DNA of 32,000 nucleotides, taken from NCBI RefSeq assembly GCF_000020385.1, contig NC_010814.1, positions 2,100,001-2,132,000 on the forward strand. The letters run 5' to 3'. Position numbers and translations under genes: made by a program. Position 1 is the first letter of the stretch. Every line of letters starts with the position of its first letter. Below are positions 25,651 to 32,000 of the stretch, one piece after another. This DNA is from Trichlorobacter lovleyi SZ (GTDB taxonomy: Bacteria > Desulfobacterota > Desulfuromonadia > Geobacterales > Pseudopelobacteraceae). Under the pieces are notes generated by a model, which was not told the origin of the DNA, ran no database searches, and worked only from the letters and a program-made list of their open reading frames with translations.

Positions 25651-25723
25651 TTGCAAAATACAGAATCAGTGCTATTTGATTATCATTAGTTAATCGTTAG
25701 CCTGATCCAGCAAGGGGGACGCC

Positions 25724-27349
25724 ATGAAACGCCAGATCCGTATTGTTTTTTATCTCGTTTTAGCGTCAGTTCTACTCTCTACCTATCTGTGGGCAGAACA
25801 ATGGAAGATCAGCTTCAATGGTTACCCTGGAACAATGGAACTTTCAGGGGGCCAGAGCAACTACACCGGACGTTTTAACCTGCATGGCAACTGGGAACAG
25901 ATGCTGGATCTGCAGGTGTACCGCAATGCCATATTCTTCCGCCGTGCTGCGGCCGATCAAAAATATCTGGGAGTCATGGAGGGAGGCCGGATGCAGGGGG
26001 TCTTTACCCAGCACGGTTCCGGCCGCTATCCATGGACTGCAGAACGTACTGACATCGTCTCAATTGATCCGGTGGTGCCTCCACTCTCCGGTGGAGACAC
26101 AGGAGCAGTTAAAAATCTCGCCTTGAGAAAACAGGCCCGCCAATCATCCACCAGTTATGGTGGCACTCCGGAACGCGCTGTAGACGGTAACCGCGATGGC
26201 AACCATAATGCAGGTTCTGTTTCGCATACGGCCAATGTGCCGAATGATTGGTGGGAGGTTGACCTTGGCAGCCAGAAACAGATCCAGGAAATCAAACTCT
26301 GGAACCGGACAGACTGCTGCAGTGAGCGGCTCTCTAATTTTTACGTCCTGGTCTCACCCAATCCGTTTTCAGGTAACAATCTGAAGGCATTGCTGAATGA
26401 TCCGTCCATCTGGCACTTCCACCATCAGGGTGCCGCTGCACGGGAGACAACGGTTGCTGTTGCCGGCGAGGGACGCTATGTCCGCGTTCAGCTTGCCGGT
26501 CAGAACTGGCTGTCATTGGCAGAGGTCGAGGTATTCGGACATGACAGCAGTGGCAGTACAGCATATCCTGTCGACACCGGCTCAGGCACTCCGGTTACCA
26601 TCTATTGGCACATGGCTGATGACGCTGATGTCTATTTGAACGGCAAGGCCTTGCGCTCATACTCACCTTCGTTCAAAACCCGCCCTGATGAAGCACCACG
26701 GCCTGCTTTCTCAGCCAGAGCCACCCTGCATAACGGCGATATCTTTACGGTCGGAGGCCGCAGAGGGGGCAGCTTCGGACTGATGCTGCTGGCAGTTGAT
26801 GATGGCGGCAGAATAGTCTTCAAAACTGATCGCAGCTCCTGGGCTGTCTACGAACCGGATGAGCGCTCTGACTGGTACGAGCCGGCCGTGGCAAACAGCT
26901 CAGCCAAGCGTCCGGTCACCGTTCAACCAGACCCCTGGTATCCCCAAAAAGAATTAAATGCCAGATATCACAACACTGCGCTCTCCATCTGGAGTGAACC
27001 TGACAAACGTTTTGCCTACCTGGTGGGTACGGTCAGGCTGTCTGATCAGGCCACCGGCACGATCAACCCGGTCGGAACTTGGCGCCACCACCCCACTGCA
27101 ACCTGGGTGGTTTCACAGGGTGCTGACGGCCGTTACCACGCCCAGGAACATGGTCTGGGAAACGCCTCAGGACCGGCCTATTTCACCCCTGCCGGCAGTT
27201 TCAGGATTGATTACGTTACCCGTGATGGCGCAGTAACCGGCTTCTATGAAGTCACCTTTGCACCTGACGGCCATACCGCAACAGGCAGAGTTCAGGAACT
27301 TTCCGGGCCACGCCGCAGCGGCAACACCAGTTGGACAAAGGTACGCTAG
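25724..27349 (+). CDS. secreted multidomain protein with a fucolectin/F5-8 type C (discoidin-like) carbohydrate-binding domain
   Basis: Signal peptide IVFYLVLASVLLSTYLWA. The central block NLALRKQARQSS...AVDGN...HT...WWEVDLG...IQEIKLWNRTDCCSERL...VRV is the FTP/discoidin pattern. The flanking domains are unassigned. AGGGGGA lies before the ATG. Confidence 0.78.
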   Translation: MKRQIRIVFYLVLASVLLSTYLWAEQWKISFNGYPGTMELSGGQSNYTGRFNLHGNWEQMLDLQVYRNAIFFRRAAADQKYLGVMEGGRMQGVFTQHGSGRYPWTAERTDIVSIDPVVPPLSGGDTGAVKNLALRKQARQSSTSYGGTPERAVDGNRDGNHNAGSVSHTANVPNDWWEVDLGSQKQIQEIKLWNRTDCCSERLSNFYVLVSPNPFSGNNLKALLNDPSIWHFHHQGAAARETTVAVAGEGRYVRVQLAGQNWLSLAEVEVFGHDSSGSTAYPVDTGSGTPVTIYWHMADDADVYLNGKALRSYSPSFKTRPDEAPRPAFSARATLHNGDIFTVGGRRGGSFGLMLLAVDDGGRIVFKTDRSSWAVYEPDERSDWYEPAVANSSAKRPVTVQPDPWYPQKELNARYHNTALSIWSEPDKRFAYLVGTVRLSDQATGTINPVGTWRHHPTATWVVSQGADGRYHAQEHGLGNASGPAYFTPAGSFRIDYVTRDGAVTGFYEVTFAPDGHTATGRVQELSGPRRSGNTSWTKVR

Positions 27350-27401
27350 TTTCCTGACAGTAGACGCTGCAACACTAAAGAGATAACAGGATTGAATCAC
27401 C

Positions 27402-27839
27402 ATGAAACATCTGCTCATAATAGTTGTGGCTGTACTGTTGACCGTTTTTCTGTGCCATCCAGCTGTTTCGGCTGACCAACAGGGACAGAATGTCCCGTCA
27501 GAGATTAAACAGTACCTTGAGCAGCGAGGTCTGCAGATCACGGCAACTGTAGCGGATGTCAAAAAGACCGGGTACATTTTGGTACTGGGAACAGCCAACG
27601 GAGATAAAGTTGCCGCCAAACGCGCTGCAACAGTGACTGCCCAACGCGCCATAGTCTCACTGTTGGCAGAACTGCCGTCCAGCAAGGGAAAGGCAGGCAA
27701 ACAGGTAGTCAGGACACCACCAGTGACAAAAACCAGGGTTTCTGGAACGGTTCGACGGGCAACGCCTCTCTTCAGTCACTATGATAGCTCGGATAAGACC
27801 ATGTACCTGTTGTTGCAAAAGCCGGTCGCCGTGCCTTGA
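27402..27839 (+). CDS. small exported hypothetical protein
   Basis: Signal peptide MKHLLIIVVAVLLTVFLCHPAVSA. It lies 52 nt downstream of the previous gene and is followed by a terminator hairpin. I recognise no family. Confidence 0.62.
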   Translation: MKHLLIIVVAVLLTVFLCHPAVSADQQGQNVPSEIKQYLEQRGLQITATVADVKKTGYILVLGTANGDKVAAKRAATVTAQRAIVSLLAELPSSKGKAGKQVVRTPPVTKTRVSGTVRRATPLFSHYDSSDKTMYLLLQKPVAVP

Positions 27840-27869
27840 ATCTTTTAGACTCAAAAGTACGTAGAACAC

Positions 27870-27893
27870 AAATGGGGGCATCAGCCCCCATTT
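27870..27893 (+). terminator. perfect hairpin terminator
   Basis: AAATGGGGG (27870-27878) pairs with CCCCCATTT (27885-27893), with a 6-nt loop. It lies 31 nt after the stop at 27839. Confidence 0.65.
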
Positions 27894-27958
27894 GCATTTA
27901 TGCAACATTGCAGATAATCCAATCGTTGTTTGCACAAATGCAAACCGTGCATTTGACA
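27892..27958. promoter_or_regulatory. candidate enhancer (UAS) sites for a sigma-54 activator
   Basis: Two inverted repeats of the same design: TTGCA-N4-TGCAA at 27892-27905 and TTTGCA-N4-TGCAAA at 27929-27944. Their centres are 38 bp apart. A related half-site, TGCATTTGACA, lies at 27948-27958. The repeats lie about 135-190 bp upstream of the -24/-12 promoter. Confidence 0.45.
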
Positions 27959-27982
27959 CAAAAGCAGAGCATACACTAATAA

Positions 27983-27995
27983 TATCAAAGTCTTG
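27983..27995 (+). promoter_or_regulatory. IHF-binding core candidate
   Basis: TATCAAAGTCTTG fits WATCAANNNNTTR exactly. It sits in an A/T-rich stretch between the inverted repeats and the sigma-54 promoter. Confidence 0.4.
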
Positions 27996-28077
27996 ACACC
28001 ATTAACCTACTATTTACAAACCTGCCACGAAACCACCTCAAAAACATAACACACTGTATTTAAACGCTTTTTATATA

Positions 28078-28093
28078 TGGCATAACGTTTGCT
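28078..28093 (+). promoter_or_regulatory. sigma-54 (-24/-12) promoter
   Basis: TGGCAT-AACGT-TTGCT, with GG at 28079-28080 and GC at 28091-28092 (GG-N10-GC). Only one mismatch to TGGCAC-N5-TTGCW. The predicted start is near 28104, 33 nt before the SD-preceded ATG at 28137. Confidence 0.7.
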
Positions 28094-28136
28094 AAATAGC
28101 AGACATATGTGCATTACGCCCAATCAGGATCACAGG

Positions 28137-28331
28137 ATGCCGAACAAACCGATCTGCCCGTTTTATGGAAAAAATGATGATTTCTGCGATGTCGGGTGCG
28201 GCTATATCTCACCATACGACGTCAACATGATCATCCGCTACTGCAGTAAACGCTACTGCGAATGTGCAAAATACCAGGAACTGGCAGACCGTTATCCCCA
28301 AAAAGATATGCTGCTTGTCGCTGCAGCCTGA
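28137..28331 (+). CDS. 64-aa cysteine-rich hypothetical protein (6 Cys)
   Basis: The ATG at 28137 lies 7 nt after AGGA. The track start at 28089 is the TTG inside the -12 promoter element, so it is rejected. Sequence MPNKPICPFYGKNDDFCDVGCGYISPYDVNMIIRYCSKRYCECAKY. I recognise no family. Confidence 0.6.
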   Translation: MPNKPICPFYGKNDDFCDVGCGYISPYDVNMIIRYCSKRYCECAKYQELADRYPQKDMLLVAAA

Positions 28332-28343
28332 AAGGAATCTCCC

Positions 28344-28466
28344 ATGCTCTACATGCTTGCGAGCAAGACGGACCCTGCAACGCTTCTGATAGTCCTTACA
28401 GTTAGTATACTGTTTACCGTCGTCATCTTTGCAAAGGAGAAGAGACATGACCCAAAGAGAGCTTGA
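28344..28466 (+). CDS. possible 40-codon single-TM micro-protein (too short for the ORF track)
   Basis: The ATG at 28344 lies about 7 nt after AAAGGAA. Translated by hand: MLYMLASKTDPATLLIVLTVSILFTVVIFAKEKRHDPKRA. It has one hydrophobic helix followed by basic residues. Its stop at 28464-28466 overlaps the next gene's start by 20 nt. Confidence 0.3.
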   Translation: MLYMLASKTDPATLLIVLTVSILFTVVIFAKEKRHDPKRA

Positions 28467-28698
28467 ATTGATGCAGCGGATCGAAGAACTGGAGCGCCAC
28501 ACCTGGCGTAACAGCTCCATCCTGCGGGCAGTTGCCATGGTTTCCTTCACCGCCATGGTGGGGATCATTGTTGCAGCTGGTGTCATTGGTGGTGGACACG
28601 GCAGTCATTGGTCCGGCCCAGCCTGGAACACCATGTGGCTGTATGGCCTGTTTGCCGCCAATGCGGTCTCAATGTTCTGGACCACTCACAAGGATTAG
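28447..28698 (+). CDS. 83-aa hypothetical membrane protein (N-terminal charged helix + 2 predicted TM)
   Basis: The ATG at 28447 lies 7 nt after AAGGAG (28434-28439). MTQRELELMQRIEELERH is followed by the hydrophobic segments AVAMVSFTAMVGIIVAAGVIGG and MWLYGLFAANAVSMFW. Confidence 0.6.
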   Translation: MTQRELELMQRIEELERHTWRNSSILRAVAMVSFTAMVGIIVAAGVIGGGHGSHWSGPAWNTMWLYGLFAANAVSMFWTTHKD

Positions 28699-28711
28699 GA
28701 GGAGATCTGTC

Positions 28712-29761
28712 ATGCCGATGAAACTATCCCACGCTGCACTGCTGCTGGTGGTCTGTGTTATCTGTGCCGCCTTCAACATGCGTATCTTTCAAGGTCTGGA
28801 TGACATGATGGGCGACAACTACTGGGTCGTTGACACCACTCAGGGCGATCATGGCTGGTATGCCATGGGGCTGCTGCCACACCTCAAGACCGTTCCCAAG
28901 GATGTCGTCAGGGCAGCCAATACTGACGCAACCATAAAAGACAAGTTTATCATCTACGCCCAGAGCGGCGATTTTGCCGGCAACTCGGTCTATGGTATCT
29001 GCTTTGGCATCCCACTGATCATGTACCTGATCTGGTTTGCCTTTATTCTCGGATTTCCAGATCGGGTTGACCCCTATCTGTTACCTCGAAGGATATTTAC
29101 CCTTGCCGTTATTGTTGCCTGTTCAGTCATTGTCAACCTGTTCCTGATGCGTATTGCCGCCGACTTCATCCGTGACCCGATGGCCCGTATTGCCAACATT
29201 GCAGGTAACCATTCGTCACTACTGTTCCACAACGCCGGCATCTGGTTTGCCATCCTGTTCTCTGCTCTGGGAACCCACAATCATTCCTATAACGAGGCGC
29301 CGGCACCGGATAGCCGTAACTGGCAGACCCAGGCTTCAGAAAAATTCAACTGGCTCTTCACACTGCTGGCCTTTGTCACCATCCTTGAAGTAGCACTGGT
29401 TAAAAACAAGCTTGCCCTGCCGGACGCTGCGGTTGATTACTCGGTCTGGATTATCTGGGTGGTTATTTTCATGCGTATGTTTGGTTTTTCCCCCAAGTAC
29501 TGGATCAAGCGGATTCCCGGTATCTCAATCATGCTTGTCGGTACGCTGCTGACCCTGCCTGTCTTCTACCTGCTTGAGCGGGTAACCGGTACCCTTGGCG
29601 CCGGCTTTGCATCACCAATTCTTGCCAAGGCACTGGGTGCAGAGAACCAGAATATCGGTCTCTCACTGATGATCTCAATCTACCTCGTCTTCTGGATGGA
29701 GTTTGCCGCTGCCATCCGTATGAACGGCCCAGTGAAAAAAGCGGTACCTGAAAAGGCCTAA
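28712..29761 (+). CDS. 349-aa polytopic (about 8 TM) hypothetical membrane protein
   Basis: The ATG at 28712 lies 9 nt after AGGAGG (28697-28702). The track start at 28532 would overlap the whole preceding gene. There are multiple long hydrophobic segments and a roughly 80-aa loop after the first helix. I recognise no family. Confidence 0.8.
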   Translation: MPMKLSHAALLLVVCVICAAFNMRIFQGLDDMMGDNYWVVDTTQGDHGWYAMGLLPHLKTVPKDVVRAANTDATIKDKFIIYAQSGDFAGNSVYGICFGIPLIMYLIWFAFILGFPDRVDPYLLPRRIFTLAVIVACSVIVNLFLMRIAADFIRDPMARIANIAGNHSSLLFHNAGIWFAILFSALGTHNHSYNEAPAPDSRNWQTQASEKFNWLFTLLAFVTILEVALVKNKLALPDAAVDYSVWIIWVVIFMRMFGFSPKYWIKRIPGISIMLVGTLLTLPVFYLLERVTGTLGAGFASPILAKALGAENQNIGLSLMISIYLVFWMEFAAAIRMNGPVKKAVPEKA

Positions 29762-29766
29762 CGGCA

Positions 29767-29825
29767 CGTTTTCCGCCATGAAAACGGAAAGGCCCCGGCG
29801 TGGGAACCGGGGCCTTTCGTATATC
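29767..29825 (+). terminator. tandem hairpin terminator
   Basis: First hairpin: CGTTTT (29767-29772) pairs with AAAACG (29781-29786). Second hairpin: a 12-bp GC-rich stem, GAAAGGCCCCGG (29787-29798) pairing with CCGGGGCCTTTC (29807-29818). It starts directly after the stop at 29761. Confidence 0.75.
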
Positions 29826-30028
29826 AATAACTTACGTCCCATCACCTACCCCGCCACAACCCCATTGTCCAGTTGTAACAATACCAAGCTTAATGTACTC
29901 TTTAGACAATTTTAGAAATTCCCAGCCATAGTGATCAATCTGTGGAGGCTAGATATAGAGTATGTCTAGGTCTTCCTGCAAAATCGACAGTTTAAGCAGA
30001 GTTTCCGGCAACGGCGGGAGCGCAATCC

Positions 30029-32000
30029 ATGAGACAGCCAATCCAAGCTTTTAGAGCTGCCCAGATTTTACCCACAATGTCACCGTTTGCTGCGGCATGC
30101 AGCTGTTTTTGCATTGTTTTAATCATGCTCATGCTGTTGGGGGCAGCGCCGGTCAACGGAAACCAGACCGTTAACACCAATCCGACTATTGAACTGACAC
30201 CTGCAGAAAAGGGTTGGATAACTGCTCATAAGCATATCAAGGTAGGAATTGATCCCTCATTCCCGCCGCTCAAGTTCAGTGACAACGGAACCATCAAAGG
30301 TCTCGAACTTGACTACCTTAAACTGTTATCTGAAAGGATAGGGCTACAGTTTGAACCGGTAGTTGCCGGTTTCACTGTTTTGGACGAAATGGTTAAATCC
30401 GGTGAGGTGGACATGTTTATTTCGTTCAACATCCCGGAACGGCTCGCTTATATGCAGTTCACTGACCCGTTAATTGAATTCAAGCAGATCATCATTAGCC
30501 GCCAGGACGCCCCGTTTCTAAGCGGCCTCAGTTCTTTGAAAGGCAAAAAAGTTGCCACGGTCCGTGGAGTAAAACTCTACGACAAACTTTTGAGACCCTA
30601 CCCTGAAATCCAGGTGGTTCAATTCAGTTCAATGGATCAAATGTTCCGGGCTGTCTCTGAACACAAGGCAGATGTCTTGATTTCACGAACATTGTATGCA
30701 GGGCACATCATCAACAACTATCCTGATCTGAAGGTTGCCGGCGTTATTGATCTTCCAGCGGAACCATATCGCTATGCAGTTCGTAAAGAGTATCCCGAGC
30801 TTGTCACTATTCTGAACAAGGCCATCAGCACTATCTCCAGAGATCAGCACGACCTGCTTGCACAGAAGTGGTTCAACATCACCATCGACTACCGTGCCCG
30901 CTGGTCTGACATCCCGATCTGGGTCTACCTGCTGGGCGGCGTAGTTATCCTTTTCAGCACCGTTATTATTGTTTCGAACAGGCGCCTCAAACGTGAAATG
31001 GCAGAGCGCAACAGGGCAGAGCAAGCCAGCGCTGATAGCGCAAAACAGCTAAATGCCATTATCAACACAACAGATGCGGGCATAATTCTGGTTTCTCCGC
31101 TGGGAGTGATTGAATTCGCCAATAACCGCATGGCCGATATGTTTACCTTGCCGCTCAATGACCTGATCGGCACCAGATATGTCGAGCGCCTGCATCCTTC
31201 TGAGCGTCAAATTGGCGATGAACGCATGCGGCAGCTGATTAAAGGCGAAATCCGCTCAGTAACCCTGGATCGACATTACATCAGAGCTGACGGGACTGAC
31301 TTCTGGGGGCACCTGTCAGGCAGCCGCATGGAGCATGCTGACGGCAGCCTCAAATCGCTGGTTGGCGTTATTTCGGATATTACCCATCGCAAACAGGCCG
31401 AAGACACCTTGCGTGAAATGGAGGCAACGGCACAGGCAGCCAAGCGCCACCTAGAAGAGGCACAGCGGATAGCACACCTCGGAAGCTGGCAGCTGAATAT
31501 TGTCAGCAATCAGCTAGTCTGGTCTAAAGAGTGTTATGCAATTTTCGGTATTCAACAAGACACGTCTCTGACGTTTGAATCCTTTGTAAACTGCATCCAT
31601 CCTGACGATCGGGACTTGGTGTCTACTGCCTGGAGCAGTGCGCTTACCGGAGCGCCCTACGATATTACCCATCGCATTTGTGTCGGCGACAAGGTGAAAT
31701 GGGTTGTCGAGCAGGCTGACATAGTCTTTGACAACAACGGGAATGCCCTGCATGGGGTCGGCACGGTCCAGGATATTACCGAACGCAAGGAAACCGATAA
31801 CGCGCTACGGGAAGCAAAAGAGCGTTTCCAGTTTGTGATTGAAGGAAGCCAGCTAGGGTTCTGGGACTGGGATATTGCAACCGGCAGTGTGATACGCAAC
31901 GAGCGTTGGGCTGAGATGCTTGGCTACACCGTTCAGGATATTGAAAATAGTGTCAGGCAATGGATTGACTATATCCACCCGGACGACAGAGACCCTGCGA
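30029..32000 (+). CDS. sensor protein: family-3 solute-binding periplasmic domain-TM-at least three PAS domains; 3' end lies outside the window
   Basis: It is absent from the ORF track because no stop codon is reached. I translated it by hand from the ATG at 30029, which lies 8 nt after GGGAG. It has a signal/TM segment, then KVGIDPSFPPLKF...GLELDYLKLL (SBP_bac_3-like), then the TM segment IWVYLLGGVVILFSTVIIV. Repeated PAS blocks end in DITHRK and DITERK. Confidence 0.85.
   Translation, partial: MRQPIQAFRAAQILPTMSPFAAACSCFCIVLIMLMLLGAAPVNGNQTVNTNPTIELTPAEKGWITAHKHIKVGIDPSFPPLKFSDNGTIKGLELDYLKLLSERIGLQFEPVVAGFTVLDEMVKSGEVDMFISFNIPERLAYMQFTDPLIEFKQIIISRQDAPFLSGLSSLKGKKVATVRGVKLYDKLLRPYPEIQVVQFSSMDQMFRAVSEHKADVLISRTLYAGHIINNYPDLKVAGVIDLPAEPYRYAVRKEYPELVTILNKAISTISRDQHDLLAQKWFNITIDYRARWSDIPIWVYLLGGVVILFSTVIIVSNRRLKREMAERNRAEQASADSAKQLNAIINTTDAGIILVSPLGVIEFANNRMADMFTLPLNDLIGTRYVERLHPSERQIGDERMRQLIKGEIRSVTLDRHYIRADGTDFWGHLSGSRMEHADGSLKSLVGVISDITHRKQAEDTLREMEATAQAAKRHLEEAQRIAHLGSWQLNIVSNQLVWSKECYAIFGIQQDTSLTFESFVNCIHPDDRDLVSTAWSSALTGAPYDITHRICVGDKVKWVVEQADIVFDNNGNALHGVGTVQDITERKETDNALREAKERFQFVIEGSQLGFWDWDIATGSVIRNERWAEMLGYTVQDIENSVRQWIDYIHPDDRDPA

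Noticed and set aside
25630-25723. A possible c-di-GMP (GEMM-I) riboswitch upstream of the secreted lectin-like gene. This was prompted by CACAGGGC, which resembles the start of the Vc2 aptamer.
   Set aside because: The following sequence lacks the GAAA tetraloop hairpin, the ACGCAAAGC receptor motif and the two-hairpin architecture. The resemblance is limited to one octamer.
211-27700. Many long minus-strand ORFs in the track lie inside plus-strand genes. Examples are 550..996, 3031..3531, 3755..4288, 6878..7663, 13546..14028, 19802..20239, 21067..21612, 23284..23832, 24465..24899 and 27167..27700.
   Set aside because: Each lies entirely antisense to, or out of frame with, a gene that has strong family motifs. 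Their translations are low-complexity (R/A/G/S/P-rich) with no recognisable motifs or ribosome-binding sites. This is typical of shadow ORFs in GC-rich coding DNA.
17955-28711. The longest-ORF starts given in the track for several genes: 17955, 18986, 22868 (minus strand), 28089, 28429 and 28532.
   Set aside because: In each case an internal ATG is preceded by a strong Shine-Dalgarno at 6-9 nt. That ATG also gives a sensible N-terminus (signal peptide or family-typical start). The longer forms overlap promoters or the whole upstream gene.
29962-30054. A 30-codon upstream ORF (MSRSSCKIDSLSRVSGNGGSAIHETANPSF) before the sensor gene.
   Set aside because: The GGAGG is 13 nt from the ATG, which is too far. 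The peptide has no hydrophobic or otherwise recognisable character. It also overlaps the better-supported sensor start at 30029.
1-32000. A search for CRISPR repeats, tRNA/rRNA genes, IS terminal inverted repeats, integrase or transposase genes, toxin-antitoxin pairs and known defence-system genes.
   Set aside because: I saw no direct repeat arrays, cloverleaf-like structures, transposase or integrase motifs, or defence-type domains in any frame. The similar DNA stretches in the two kinase genes (around 11160 and 15380) reflect conserved H-box coding sequence, not mobile repeats.

Overview
This is a chromosomal window from a moderately GC-rich bacterium. The protein repertoire (many hybrid PAS histidine kinases, PhnD-like binding proteins next to kinases, sigma-54 signals) suggests a Geobacter/Desulfuromonas-like deltaproteobacterium, but that is a low-confidence inference. 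I support about 27 CDS and found no rRNA, tRNA, CRISPR array, IS element or phage genes. Positions 1-18958 are one long plus-strand block with only two short gaps. (i) The first part is an 8-gene, translationally coupled operon. It encodes an HdrD/GlcF-like Fe-S protein, DUF3047, exported MsrA, lipoprotein MsrB, a MerA-like FAD disulfide reductase, a fatty-acid-hydroxylase-family membrane protein and a TVP38/DedA-type membrane protein. It ends in a 1000-aa fusion of a radical SAM domain, a complete ArsM-type As(III) methyltransferase and a Cys-rich C_GCAxxG-like domain. (ii) The second part is a signalling operon: a PhnD-like binding protein, a hybrid kinase, a REC-PAS-GGDEF protein and a Cache hybrid kinase with Hpt. 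It is translationally coupled to the TIGR04283/TIGR04282 transferase pair, which is normally associated with the ArsS radical SAM arsenosugar pathway. I read the whole block as a non-canonical, probably undescribed organo-arsenical (or organo-metalloid) biosynthesis/handling locus with its own sensory module. From 19 kb onward the window holds independent units: pepF-like M3 peptidase, exported beta-carbonic anhydrase, a minus-strand EF-hand-loop protein, clpB, and a secreted fucolectin/discoidin-domain protein with a small partner. It also holds an orphan membrane-protein operon driven by a textbook UAS-IHF-sigma-54 promoter, whose products I cannot assign to any family, and a 3'-truncated SBP-PAS sensor gene. 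All family calls come from motifs read in the translations; no searches were run.
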